64,000 nt of DNA, from positions 24,118,001 to 24,182,000 of the forward strand of contig NC_083280.1 in the NCBI RefSeq assembly GCF_963506605.1, given 5' to 3'. The position numbers and the translations under genes were made by a program. The stretch is from Zootoca vivipara (Eukaryota). Numbering within the stretch: the first letter of the stretch is position 1; every line of letters begins with the position of its first letter. The notes below the pieces were generated by a model. That model was not told where the DNA came from, did not search any database, and saw only the letters and a list, made by a program, of their open reading frames with translations. Below, piece by piece: positions 48,911 through 61,451 of the stretch.

Positions 48911-49456
48911 GTTTATTGCAAGATCAGAGAGCATATCTAGATAAGGACATTGTGCCTATCCTAACTTAAAATTGCTCTTCCAGATGCTTCCCATCCTATA
49001 ACGTTTCTGCTCCAGAAAGGAGAGGAGCTGGCGGACCATTTTGATTGGGGGGCGGGTAGCAATGAAGAGCTGATCACCCCTCTGCACCACTGCTCTCCTC
49101 AATTTTACAGGTTCCCATCTTTTTATAATACTATGATGATGATGATGATGATGATGATACTTGCATATGTATCTGCTGCATTTTCCCTACTTTTGGCACT
49201 CACAGGACTTCTCATCTAGCCTGTCACGCTAGTCTGATACAAAAGGGAAGAGACTGGAGGACTTTGGCTGTCTTGGGGAACATTGGTTTTATACCTAATA
49301 GCCCTTATTGTGCACCATGCATTGAACTAACATAGGGAAAAATTTTTAAAAGTTAGATGGTGAGAGAAGTGGCAGCTGTTAGGTACTGGGGGATGGTGCT
49401 AGAGAGAAGACCTTTTGCCAGAACAGACAAGCTTCTTCATTAGAAAAGCTCCTCAC

Positions 49457-49585
49457 CTTCCTCAGGTTCTTTATCTTCTTATCAACCTCAGGATCTCCTG
49501 ATGTTATGGAGGGAGCCGCATTCTGTGATGCATTCTGTACTGGTGCGGCTGGAGTAACTTCCTGGCTCCCTTCAGCTCTGGCCTC
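49457..49585 (-). CDS. EIF2A: EIF2A exon
   Basis: EARAEGSQ...SGDPEVDKKIKNLRK. Confidence 0.93.
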
Positions 49586-49794
49586 CTGTAAAAAAACCCA
49601 ACAAATTAAATCATCATCTGCAACAATGTCTGTCGTATACAACCCCATGGGACATTTGCACGAATGGTATACATGTTAAGCTCTCCAGAATGTTGGAATT
49701 CAGCACGCTTTGGCTCTGTTCAGGGTAATGGTAAACAGGTTTAGAAAATGTGAATGCAACAGTTTGCTCAAGAGAACTGAAGCAGCAGCCATAC

Positions 49795-49905
49795 CTGTTT
49801 GGCAACTTTCTTTGCCTCGTGCTTCCTTTGATTTTTGAGTGCTGTTTTAGATAAAGGTTTATCGCCATTTTTTGGTCTCATGTTCTGTGGTGGTTCATCC
49901 TCATG
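49795..49905 (-). CDS. EIF2A: EIF2A exon
   Basis: HEDEPPQNMRPKNGDKPLSKTALKNQRKHEAKKVAKQ. Confidence 0.95.
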
Positions 49906-50507
49906 CTAAGAGAAAGCAAAGACGACAAAATTACCATAAGAAAACCCACACATAATTATCTGCTGCCTGATAAGAGGGGCTTGTGCTGCAGTTGTTTTTT
50001 ATGTTCACATATGCCACAAGTCTTATAGCAATGCCACAACTACACAACCCCTACACTACGGATGGGAAACCTGTGGCCCTACCAGATGTGGTCAAACTCC
50101 AACTCCCATCAGCCATGGCCAACATCATCAATTATGATGGGAGTTGTAGTCCAGCGAACATCTGGAGGGTCTCACGTTCTCCATCTCAGCCCTACACAAG
50201 AGGACTCTCTTCCATGTTAAGAAATTGTGTGAAACCCATGTAGATTGTCACCTATGACTGTGTGTGCGCATGTGCATTAGTCAGTTGTGATTATCTGTTT
50301 CAGGGTTCACAAAGTTTGGTACTCCCAGAATCCTTCTATCCACTATAAAGTTGTTAAGCTTATGGTGGTGAGCTTATGTCACAGAAAGCAACTTTTGTGG
50401 TTGGTTAGGCTCAGTTAGAAAATCAGCACCTCCTTGCAAGAAGGGCTTCTCCGTTACACAGAGCACATGCTCAGCCATGCTTGAGAATGACATGTTATAG
50501 ACCAGAC

Positions 50508-50643
50508 CAGGCATCCCCAAACTGCGGCCCTCCAGATGTTTTGGCCTACAACTCCCATGATCCCTAGCTAACAGGACCAGTGGTCAGAGAAGATGGGAAT
50601 TGTAGTCCAAAACATCTGGAGGGCCGAAGTTTGGGGGTGCCTG
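50508..50643. mobile_element. 136-bp palindromic hAT MITE
   Basis: Same family; ttatagac on both sides (left copy offset by 5 bp). Confidence 0.8.
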
Positions 50644-50666
50644 TTATAGACACAACACTGAAGTGT

Positions 50667-50815
50667 NNNNNNNNNNNNNNNNNNNNNNNNNNNNNNNNNN
50701 NNNNNNNNNNNNNNNNNNNNNNNNNNNNNNNNNNNNNNNNNNNNNNNNNNNNNNNNNNNNNNNNNNNNNNNNNNNNNNNNNNNNNNNNNNNNNNNNNNNN
50801 NNNNNNNNNNNNNNN
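50667..50815. other. Assembly gap (149 N)
   Basis: N run. Confidence 1.
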
Positions 50816-52087
50816 ACATGTCCAGTTTTTTATTCCACCTTGATTAAAAAGTTGGTCAACTTGCCAAAGAATAGATCAATCCTTTTATGGGCCACCCGTG
50901 GCCTATAGACAACCAGCTAGTCATTCTCAATCTATATCATGCACAAGGATTCCACAGAATTTATTGCGTAAGTATTGCTTCTGTGCATGGGAAGTGAAAA
51001 CATTTGGAGCATCCATTTCAATACAGAGAGCCCAGGCGGGTGGGGGAGAACAGTTCTCTTCTTGTTTTTTTGCTTTTGTGTTTCATTTGCTTGTTTCATT
51101 TCCACTACTGCAGCCTTATTACTAACCTTCCAAATGTTTCTACCCATCATCTTTGGCTTGCAAGAGACAACCATCTTATGAGTAAAAAAAACCAGGCTGG
51201 TATAAAAATCTGCAGTCAGTAAGTGCAGTAATCTCAGGAAGGAGGAAGAGGGTGCTAAGTCTCTTCTTCACCAGCCTTCTGCTTCCACGCTGCCTTTCGA
51301 GGAAAGGGCTTCATTACTTACACAACCAGTACAGAATCCAAGCAGCTGGCAAAAGCGAAAGAGAGGGCTCGGTTTCTCCTTCACAAGCCTGTTTGCTCAC
51401 CTAGAGGGAATGCCAGACTTGCCTGTGGCAACCAAGTGAGGGATTAAAGACTGCACTACTGGTATTTCAGTATTGCAGTCAGAACTATGAATGTTCTACC
51501 TCTTTTGGGGGGCAAGGGGCTGGGTTCAGGTACACCTTTAAATCTTAATAAAATAATAAAGGCAAGAGCTTTCCCCCTCTTCATTGTGCAGCTTAATTTT
51601 TAATGTATCAAGTAGGTTAAATCCCCTAATGTTACTTGATTCCTAGTCGGCAGCCCCCTAATTAACACCCACTTAACTATGGGAAGACCCCAATGAACTT
51701 AATGGAACTTAATTCCGAGTGGACATGTATTAGAGTTGACTGTGCTATGAGCAACTTAGTTTTAACACACGCTACACACCTTAAAATGTTTCTCACTGAC
51801 CAGTTTTGTTCCTCTATCACATGCGGTTAGGATTACATCAGCCTTCTTTCGTAACAAACCTCTTATTAACTGTGCTTATGAAGTTAGTAAGAAATAAGTC
51901 ACTTGCAATGACCAGCAGTGTGGGAGAAACCAACACTCCTTTCACTGCTGGTAGTCTCAGATTACGCTCTTTCAAAAAGAAAATAAGAAAGAGGAAATAA
52001 AGAGCTATGTTCTCAAATCTGTTTTTGAATACTGAAAGGAAAATAGATTAATGACTCTCTACATAAAAGGCAAATGCAGATGTAATA

Positions 52088-52331
52088 CAGTGGTACCTCT
52101 ACTTACGAATAACTCTACTTACGAATGTTTCTACTTACGAATTGAGCTCCGTCCGCCATCTTGGATGCGGTTTAGATAGGGTTTTTTTCTACTTATGAAT
52201 TTTTAAATAGGGTTGCTTCGACTTACGATTTTTTTCTCCCAATGCATTCCTATGGGATTCGACTTTAAAAAAATTTCGACTTACGAATGTGCGTTTGGAA
52301 CGCATTAAATTCGTAAGTAGAGGTACCACTG
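52088..52331. mobile_element. Tigger-type MITE
   Basis: 23-bp perfect TIR CAGTGGTACCTCTACTTACGAAT; TA TSD; internal ACTTACGAA repeats. Confidence 0.85.
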
Positions 52332-52605
52332 TATAGGTTTCCCATACCTTATAGATAGGAGATGAAGAACTATGGGACTACCTTCCTAGAACAAATTCTC
52401 CTCTCCTATCTCAACTGCGGTTAAGGAATGCATTGGCACCTCACATGAAAAACAGGGAAGGAAAAAAATACCCAAGGGTAATTTTGTGCAAATAAATATA
52501 GGAGGGAAAAACCTGTAATGCCTGGGCGGGAAAAGCGACGAGACCTTACATTTGAGATGAAGGCGTAGTAGTGACTCTGTATGTGAGCTGACACAACCCG
52601 TAAAT

Positions 52606-52750
52606 CACAGAATCATAGAATTGTAGAGCTGGAAGAGGCCACAAGGCTAATCTACCCTCTGAAATGCAGGAATCTTTTGTCCAACACTGGGCTTGAACCC
52701 ATGACCCTGAGATTAAAAGTCTCATGCTCTAACAGCTGAGCTTCAGCCCT
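52606..52750 (-). mobile_element. tRNA-Lys-derived SINE with a CR1 3' tail
   Basis: Minus strand AGCTCAGCTGTTAGAGCATGAGACTTTTAATCTCAGGGTCATGGGTTCAAGCCC (tRNA-Lys UUU-like), then a CR1-like end ...TACAATTCTATGATTCTGTG. Confidence 0.7.
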
Positions 52751-53306
52751 ATAACTGAGGATGCAGCTGGGCTAGAGAGATAAGAGCTATCGGCAGTACC
52801 CGAACAGATAAGAAAAAGAAAAGCACAGCATATTATTCTTTAGACAGCTACTGCGATTCAGTTACTGCAACTCAGATTCTGCTTGAAATGTATCGTGCCT
52901 TCGAGTCTGTGTTCTTGCATGACATCCGCAAGCATTATAGTTTCCCATTTATACTAGGAAATATCAGCTCCATGGTATCTTTGACGTCGTAACCTAGGGT
53001 TCTCATATTTTGGTAGGGTATCAGTGCCTTAAACATCTTCCAGATAGGCAAAAATCCAACAAGTGAATGAAGGACTCTGGAGTCAAAGCCAGAACTCTGC
53101 ATGCTGGCAGCTGTGGAAAAGCACTGCAGCCTGTATACATGGTACCAATTTGCATGTGTGTCCCAAACAAGTTTTGAGAGGTTATTATGTTAGGAAGAAA
53201 ATGATATTTCACCGCAATGAATAGTACTGCTCTTGTATAATATTTTTAGTGACTGCTAACAGGGTTGCAGCTGTTCAGAAGTAAGCCCTGAGGAATTAAT
53301 TCCTCA

Positions 53307-54057
53307 TCCTATATAATAATATGCAAGTGTCCCTGCGTCCAGTCCCTGTGTCCCGTGTGTCCCTGGGGTACTGCGCATGTACCCCAGAGACACAGGGATT
53401 GGACGGAGAGACAGAACGCGCACACGCGCGCGCTCCCCCCCCCGCCTACCGTTTAATCCGCTTAGTCTGGGTGCTCCGCTGAGCCCAGCTGGGCAGCGGG
53501 CGCCCAAGAAAAGGCCGCGATTCGGCCTCTTTCTGTGGCGGCGGCGCGTGGGGGGGGCGGCTAGCCCCTCCCACAGCCGCCGCTTCGTTGGGGCGCTCTG
53601 CTGAGCCCAGCTGGGCAGCAGGCGCCCAGAAGAAGGCCGCAATTCGGCCTCTTTCTGTGGTGGCGGCGGCGCGTGGGGGGGGCCGGCTAGCCCCTCCCAC
53701 AGCCGCCGCTTCGTTGGGGCGCTCCGCTGAGCCCAGCTGGGCAGCGGGCGCCCAGAAGAAGGCCGCAATTCGGCCTCTTTCTGTGGCGGCGGCGGCGCGT
53801 GGGGGGGCCGGCTAGCCCCTCCCACAGCCGCCGCTTCATTGGGGCGATCCGCTGAGCCCAGCTGGGCAGCGGGCGCCCAGAAGAAGACCGCAATTCGGCC
53901 TCTTTCTGTGGCGGCGGCGCGTGGGGGGGGGCGGCTAGCCCCTCCCACAGCCGCCGCTTCGGCGGGGCTGCACACCCGTTCCTCTTTGCTTTGCACACTA
54001 AAAAACAATAAAATCTGTTCTAGCGCCCGTTTATTTTAACGGGCTGAATTCCACTAG
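53307..54057 (+). mobile_element. Non-autonomous Helitron
   Basis: A|TCCTATATATAATA 5' end; 3' hairpin GCCCGTT-TATTTT-AACGGGC (54025-54044), then CTAG|T; no TSD. Confidence 0.75.
53471..53961. repeat. GC-rich tandem repeat, about 4 units of 122-126 bp, inside the Helitron
   Basis: Unit gcgctccgctgagcccagctgggcagc...gctagcccctcccacagccgccgcttcg starts at 53471, 53593, 53719 and 53844. Confidence 0.9.
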
Positions 54058-54420
54058 TACTACTATAAAAGGATAAAACCTAATTTGCCATCAAGCTTAG
54101 TTACTGCCACTTTTCTTTAACTTTCCTTTCAATCTGTCATCTCAAGTCTTTAAAATGTTGCAGGAGGTGCTTTCCCCTTCTCCACTATTGAAATGTGAGC
54201 AATCCACGGGATGCTTGCTTAATAAACCCCCATTAGTGTCAGAACCCATCAGGGATATGGTCATAACTGTTTAATCCTCATGGGAAAGAGAGGCCAATTA
54301 CCAGAATCTCCTTGTGCAAATGGCATCTCCTGTGAGCCCCTCTCTCCCTGCGACACAACAGGGATACTGCTTGGTCATGGAACAGGCTCCTATGATGCAG
54401 CAATAGGGAGGACGAATGAT

Positions 54421-54708
54421 AGAGCAAGCTTGTTTTCTTCTGCTCCAGAGGGTAGGACACGAACCAATGGATTCAAGCTACAAGAAAGGAAATTCTGACT
54501 AAACATCAGGAAGAACTTTCTGATGGTAAGAGCTGGTCGACAATGGAAGGGACTCCCTCGGGAGATTGTGGACTCTGCTTCATTGCGGTTTTTTAAGCAG
54601 AGCTTGGATGGCCATCTGTCAGGGATGCTTTAGCTGAGATTCCAATATTGCAGGGGATTCAACTAGATGACCCTTGAGGTCCCTTCCAACTCTTACAATT
54701 CTATGATT
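54421..54708 (+). mobile_element. CR1 LINE 3' fragment
   Basis: Encodes ASLFSSAPEGRTRTNGFKLQERKF (CR1 ORF2 end); tail cccttccaactcttacaattctatgatt. Confidence 0.85.
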
Positions 54709-55470
54709 TCAGGGATGAGAAACTACGGTAGTAAAGAAGAATTCAGAAGAAGTGCTGCAGATAATGTACAAACAAATTCAAAGCATCTGGTAACAAATTT
54801 GTGGGATTAAATCACAACCATATTCATTCTTTAAAAAATAAAAATGGCTACATGGCACAGCTATACCAAGTGTCTATTATGGTGCTGTGCCAGCAGGGCC
54901 TCCTTCAATAGTAGTTGGTATGCTTTATTAAGGTTTACAGCCTGATTTGCCCGAAAGAGCCAAAATCTATTTAAAAACAGGAGCATTTTCACAGAAATAC
55001 ATTTATTTGTTTTGGAAATATGAACTATATGTTAAAATTATAAAGGCTTAATGTGCCACTTTTTTAGGTGAGGGAAGAAGTTACTGTACTTCAGTTGCAC
55101 AGCCTATTTGAAAAGAAATATTTAAGATTAGTCTGCCTTTACTCCCATAGACTTAAAAAACAACCACGTACTGATCTGACAGCAGAAAAGCACTTGTGCA
55201 AACCAGTGCTTACATATACCTTTCCTATATTATGTGTACCTCAGCTGCTTTTATAAACAATACAGGATTATAGTTGGGTGGGGCAAGTGGGTAGGGGAAT
55301 CCAATCTTGGCATTTGCAAAGTCCTAGTTAAATGGTCTTCAATAGTGCTAATTGTCTGTTGAAGCGGAAGAACAAAGGACTGGATTTAATATCGTGCCCC
55401 CTACCCTTTCCCAGAGCTGCAAAGACATTTTTCAGCAAGACATTTTACAACAGAGGCAACAGTTACTTAC

Positions 55471-56039
55471 AAGTTTAGAGCTAGTCACAGGTTTGTTTCT
55501 CAGAGCTGGGGGCCTGTAAGCTTGGGCAGCCTTGGGCTCATCGTTCGGCACTTTGCTCGGAACAGCATATGTTACCGCCTTCGCTGGAAAGACGCCATCC
55601 AAAAAGGGTTGCCAGGCAACTTGCCAAAGTTCTGCGTTCTGCTGGACTTCATACTTGTATAGGACAGGGCCTGTGTAATGCCAGATCTTGTACCCATTCC
55701 CAACCCGTAGCCTTGGAGAACATGTAGCTGTTACAATATGTTCCCCATCGGGGCACCAGGCAAAGTACGTGGAATCCGAGGCCTGTGGTTTCGAAATGAG
55801 TTTGTAGTTTTTAACGTCCCACACGTCCAGTTGCCCATTGAGATTCCCAAATCCAGCTAAGACTAAGATGTGTCCTTGAGGGCTGTAGTAGGCAGCATTG
55901 TGTGGGCCGGTTCCAAAGTCAAACACAGGGTCGCATTTCAGATTGAAGATTGTAGCCTTGGCAGGCATAAAACCATAGACGACACAAAACTCTGCGGAAT
56001 TGGGGCTCCAGGTTGCATCATAAATAGGACCATTTTTTG
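55471..56039 (-). CDS. EIF2A: EIF2A large exon (beta-propeller C-terminal part)
   Basis: KNGPIYD...MPAKATIFNLKCDPVFDFGTGP...AYRPPALRNKPVTSSKL; 569 nt. Confidence 0.97.
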
Positions 56040-57227
56040 CTAGAGGAAAAAGAAAGAAGTCGAAGTTTCTTTTAACTGTTATCTACATGTGCCTGAGGAA
56101 GGAGGAATCGATTTTGCAGAATAGTTACAAGTCATGATAGCTTCTCTTAACAAGTACAGGCCACCACAACCTGTGAAGCTGAAAACAGCCCTATTGTTCC
56201 TTAGCAGAGTGACTCAATAATCCCTCTTTTGCTACCTCTTTTGGATTGCACACGCACACACACACACACTGAAGGTGTGTATTTGTCTGTAGATTGTCAA
56301 GCATCTAGACACCACACTGTATGCCTGCTGGGCTATATTAGGCTTGGAAGTACATAAGTTACGCAGGCCTACATTAGGCTGTAATTATTCTACCGCAGCA
56401 GGTTAACCGCATCTCTCCTGACACTACTGAGGAGCAGCAGCCAGCGAGTAGCCTGGCCACGTGATGAGAGAAACACCACCTTATTCAGTGGCCAGAACAC
56501 TGCCCAAGTTCCTTTCAGCAGGATTAGCCCTGAAAGGCTATTCCACAAGGGCTGCACATTTTTCTTTGTTTAGTTAATTCATTGCAATTAAAAACCTTAA
56601 TAGGTTAAAACGGTCTACATGTTTTACAGATTTAAAGAGTACTCTCAGTAGTAGTAAACACTCTGGATATTGGGGCATTTGAAAGTATTGCAACTGGCCC
56701 AGACACTGTTAAGAGGGCTTTACTTTCTTAAAACGAACAGGTACCCTTTTCTTACTTAAGTTGTCACTCCCCAACTATCACGTGCTCAAGACGGATGATC
56801 TGTTTAAGCTTTGTAATATATACATTTGTTGAATTATAATAAGTGCGACAGATTAAAAGCAATTCAACAATTGGGGGTTGGGGCCTAAAACTGATTTGGA
56901 GCCCTAGTTTTAACCACTTTCTGTTCCCAATTCAAGAATCGGGGGCTCCTTAACGGAATTAGGTGCTCCATCCTGTCCCCATCTCCTCTCTATGATCCGC
57001 ACTTTCGAGCCCAACTCTTATACTACCTCACTTCTTCTGAATTAATAGAACTTCAGATAACAAACGTCAAAACGAAAACATTCCAAAGGAATTTAATCTG
57101 TACAAGGTTGGTCATTAGAGCAAACACAGGAGACTGAAGTTTATTTCCAAAGAGCATTACAGGGTTTTTAGCATATATGGAGGGCGATTTTTCAGTTCAT
57201 TATACAATTACTAGGAGAGTCACTTAC

Positions 57228-57344
57228 GTAGTTGTACGACAGCACTTTCCCCATTCGTTGCGATGTAATGCAGATTTTGTTCTCCGTAATACGATGCTCC
57301 CGTTTTATCAACTTCTGTACTAGCGATTACAAGCACAGCAGTAG
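57228..57344 (-). CDS. EIF2A: EIF2A exon
   Basis: TAVLVIASTEVDKTGASYYGEQNLHYIATNGESAVVQL. Confidence 0.96.
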
Positions 57345-58149
57345 CTATTTGGAGATAAAAACCAACAATAATTAGATGTTTTCAGAAAGCAAACTACCCA
57401 ATGATATTAATTTTAAGGTTCAATAAAATGAAACTGGAATGCATGGCAGGGGCAGCATGGTCACTGTCCTTGCTATAGTAATGCCACAACCCACCTCCAC
57501 CCAACGTGTTTGCTTCCTGACCAGTATACTATGTACAACTCACTGGAATACCAGCAACCCTAGCGTGCAAGGACTGGAGTTAACTCACAGAAACAAAGCA
57601 AGAGATTCCTTTGCATGTGCAAAAGGCACTCAGCACCAAATTCTGCACATTAATGTGGTACTGTTGGAGAACTATAAAATATGCCATGTAGTTGTATTTT
57701 CTTGTCAAAGCTTCGAAGACTGCATTACCGGTCAAAGAATTACAAACATCCATTTATTACAGTATCCCTTGTGACATTTTTAAAGACAGGCAGTACATAT
57801 GGAACATGTGGAGCATAAGCTTCATTTAGAATGAAAGGAAGGTTTGCACAATTCATGTTGTTTGTCAATTTAGCCTGTCTCAATGGCTTTCGAGTAATGC
57901 CTGTTACTCAAAAGCAAGTCTGATTGTACTCCCAAGGAAGGGTGCCTATGACTGCTGCATGCTGGGAGTTACAGGGGATGGGACTGGAAGAATAGCTGCA
58001 AGTATAGTTTAAATGCCATAGAGGAAAACTGCAACTAGCACTTAGAATTACAAAACACTTGCACTAGTTATCTACACAGAAGAACACAGAGAATCAATAC
58101 ATTCACTTCTTGCCAGATAAAGACAGGGGAAATTTGAAATTTCTTATAC

Positions 58150-58294
58150 CTTTACTATTCCACAGCATCGTCACCTTATCAGCTTTAAAGAAACTCTTGT
58201 TGGCCAATGCAGATTGCGGGCCTCCAAAGTTTGGGTACTGATACAGCCTTACGAAAGATGGAGCTCCTTTGCTTCCAGGAACATAGACAGCAAC
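58150..58294 (-). CDS. EIF2A: EIF2A exon
   Basis: VAVYVPGSKGAPSFVRLYQYPNF...ANKSFFKADKVTMLWNSK. Confidence 0.96.
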
Positions 58295-58434
58295 CTGTGT
58301 CAATAACATTTAATCAACTTGGTAATACAATTCTTAAGAGCAGCACAAAAGACAGAAGCGGAATAATTCATAATCCTTTTCAGGATTCCTAAGAAATTAA
58401 AATTGTTGAAGAAATAAAAATCAAAAGGAGGCAC

Positions 58435-58508
58435 CTTAGTTGGCTGGTCCCCTGGCGATATCACAAAATCGGTGACTTTTTGCAAATGAAGTTTATTTGC
58501 AATTGTAC
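58435..58508 (-). CDS. EIF2A: EIF2A exon
   Basis: TIANKLHLQKVTDFVISPGDQPTK. Confidence 0.94.
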
Positions 58509-58720
58509 CTGCAAAATCATAATTTTACTCAGGTTAATAAAAGTTACCTAAATAATTGTTACGATTGTGCTGCTTATGAGCCTATGCTAGAGGCAAGTAA
58601 AAAGCAAACATACACATAATGGTAAAGGCCTTCTTGACGTAGTAGAATAACCCCTTCAAAATTGATTTACACCAAAGCTATATATTCTCACAGCATGATG
58701 CAAGTGTATCACACACACAC

Positions 58721-58755
<35 letters not shown>

Positions 58756-60184
58756 TATAGGAGCAACAAAACACATTTTCTACAACTCTTAAAGCTTTTT
58801 CAGCTAAACTGTCTATATTTTAGGGGGTGCATTCAAAAAGTAAGTTTGTACATGCATTCAGGCACAGCTCAAAGAAGCTCCTTAGCTTAAGTGTGGTCCA
58901 CCCTCTTCTCTTAGCTATGTTCTTGAGTGGAGGTGAGGAACCATAGGCCTAAGAGTTGCATATAGCCCTCCAGGCCTCTGCCAGACTCTCAGAAATCCCC
59001 CGACACCATACCCCTCACCCGACCTACAATGCACCATCCTCAAATGTTTTTGCATTGATGTAAAATGCCATGAAATATGCTAATACCTCCTGCTTGCCTG
59101 TATGGAGGATGGAATAATGTTTGGGTGTGAGTAGAAACTTCTGACTTTTGCATGGCTGGAATGTAGCCCGTACAAAAGGATCACACCTGTTGCCTGACCC
59201 ACTTTTTGCCTCTGGCCCTACCCATCTCTGGTTTGCATCGCTCCAAAAGGTTCCCCCATGAGAGTGCTTGGTCCTTGGGCTTTTCTTGAGTAAGTTTGTT
59301 TTGCTTCAGGCTGTCTTCACACTGTTGAATCAAGTGCTCCTACCTCTTTTATGTACCTGAGAGTCTGCCTCCAAATGCCATTACATTTCCCAAAGGGCAA
59401 GCAGCTTCCTCCCTTAATGCTTAAACTACACATTAGAAACAGCACCTGGCCCCATCTTTGGGCATGAGTCACTACTGCTGATGCCTTGGCAAATTCCAAG
59501 CGTACAGACACTGCACACCCCAGAAGTAGTGCATCTAGGGAAGGCACTGCTCATGATTGGTTAGAGCATCTGCAACAGGTTAAACTCAGGTGCAGAAGTA
59601 GTTTCAGTGATGGGTGCAAAGCTACTTGTGCAAGACTGTCCACCTGGAGCCTGTATTGCGAATGGGTGTATCTGCACTGCCAGTGTGATGTTGCTGCTTA
59701 TGCATCACATATGGCAGATGTTTACTCAACCTCACATCTGCCTCCATCACCACATTCAAGTTGCAACCATTTACACTTGCCTTGGAGAAAGTTCCATTGA
59801 CCACAGTGGGACTTACTTCCGAGTGAACTTACACAAGGTTGCTCTTTGCCTCTCATTATCTTCCATGCATCTCTGGCTAAACCACAGGAGCAATTAATTC
59901 ACAGACCTACCTGGCATTGCTGCCCCCTCTGTAAGAACCACTCTCTAAAAACGTTTTTAAGAACTATTTCTAATTTTCATCCATTCAAGTATTCCTTAGG
60001 TATTAAGCCAATGTGGATTTTGTACTATAGAAGGGAGTTTCAAAACTGTATCAAGGCGCTCAATAAACACTATGGTTCCCCAGAATGGGTCAACTGTGAT
60101 AAAAGCAGGTGCTCAAAACACAAGAGAAATAAAGGCAAACTAAAAGGGAAAGCTTATCTAGAGAACAAGAAAGGGCTTGCATAC

Positions 60185-60267
60185 TGAAGTTGTTGTTTTC
60201 AAAGAAGTGCAGTTCATTGTTAACACTCCTGGCGCATATGCTTTCATCATCTGACCAGCAAGGACAC
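60185..60267 (-). CDS. EIF2A: EIF2A exon
   Basis: CPCWSDDESICARSVNNELHFFENNNF. Confidence 0.94.
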
Positions 60268-60750
60268 CTAATGGTTAGAGAGGGGGGGCAAGTGATTTAG
60301 AAACGAGGTTTGAAAATGTTTAAGAATTATTAAATTAGGAAAAAAGTATTGAAATGGTTACTGGTGCTATTTTTCAACTATCCCACTGCTTTCATCCTGG
60401 TCTGATAAGATAGGCTGACATCCCATGACATCACCTCACCAGCAGAACAGATTTCCCTTGTGCAGTGAAAGGCATACTTCCTCTCTTTACTCTGCCACCC
60501 CCTACATGCCCCCAAAACCTGCTCTGGGGGGTTAGGGGACCCTTTGGAGCAGATTTGTTTTGAGGGAAGTCCTAGTGCATGAGTAGAAGTCTACTTCTTT
60601 GATGTCAGATATTGCTCACCACCTACAGGGTTGCTTGAAATGAAATATACTGTGTTATGAACTGCAGAACAAAACCAGATACTGCAACTTCAAGTGCAAA
60701 AGTTTTCAAGTCATTTTTGTGAATGATAAATTATCCTGAATGCTACTTAC

Positions 60751-60850
60751 CAGTTCTGCATCTTTTTCTGGATGAACGACTTTAAGAACTTTCCAGTATT
60801 CACATCAAAAAGTTGAAGATTGGGCACTCCTGGTCCACCATCTTTAGAAG
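60751..60850 (-). CDS. EIF2A: EIF2A exon
   Basis: SKDGGPGVPNLQLFDVNTGKFLKSFIQKKMQN. Confidence 0.94.
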
Positions 60851-61451
60851 CTACAAAAAAAGCAACTTATATTGCAGTGTTGGCCTTCAAAGTAAGCTGT
60901 GGGTCTCCCTCCCTAATCTACAACATCCTGACCATGTTTGATGTGTTTATAGAGAATGCTATACTAGAGGTTAGCACACAAGGACAAGAAAACAGGATGT
61001 TTCCTTTAACATTAGCTTTCACTGATCCCGTATGTGTAAGTATGAAAAAATATTTTCCTTCTTAAACAAACCTAGACACAACAGGTTTTTTCTGAAATAA
61101 AAATTCTCAGTTCCTGCCACTGATGCAATACGTAAGTTTATTTAAAAGCCTTTATAAACCTCTTAATAGTTCATAAATGGTTCAATAGTAGTGTGCAGTC
61201 TAAAAAAATACATAGTTAAAACTTTAAAAAAACAAAACCAAAAACTAAAACCAGTAAAACAGCAATACTGTATAGAAAAACATAAAAGTATGTAAAAGTT
61301 ATTACAATAACTAAAAACCACTGTCTGGGGTGGGTAGACAAGCAATATCTCTCTCCCCCAACCACACAACTAACAGTAGTTTTAGGGGAACAATTTAAGC
61401 GGAAAAAACTCCAGGGTGTGTGTTAATCCTTTCCCTGTGCTATGGCTCTGA

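Noticed and set aside
44790-50908. ORFs containing X runs
   Set aside because: Artefacts of translating through the two N gaps.
52088-52331. Interspersed ACTTACGAA repeats superficially like a CRISPR array
   Set aside because: Eukaryotic context, irregular spacing, and the repeats are sub-terminal motifs of a TA-flanked MITE.
52678-52750. Possible tRNA-Lys gene
   Set aside because: Acceptor and T stems are degraded and it is fused to a CR1 tail, so it is a SINE head.
53304-54008. 234-aa repetitive minus-strand ORF and overlapping ORFs
   Set aside because: By-product of the GC-rich tandem array inside the Helitron; open in several frames and without recognisable homology.
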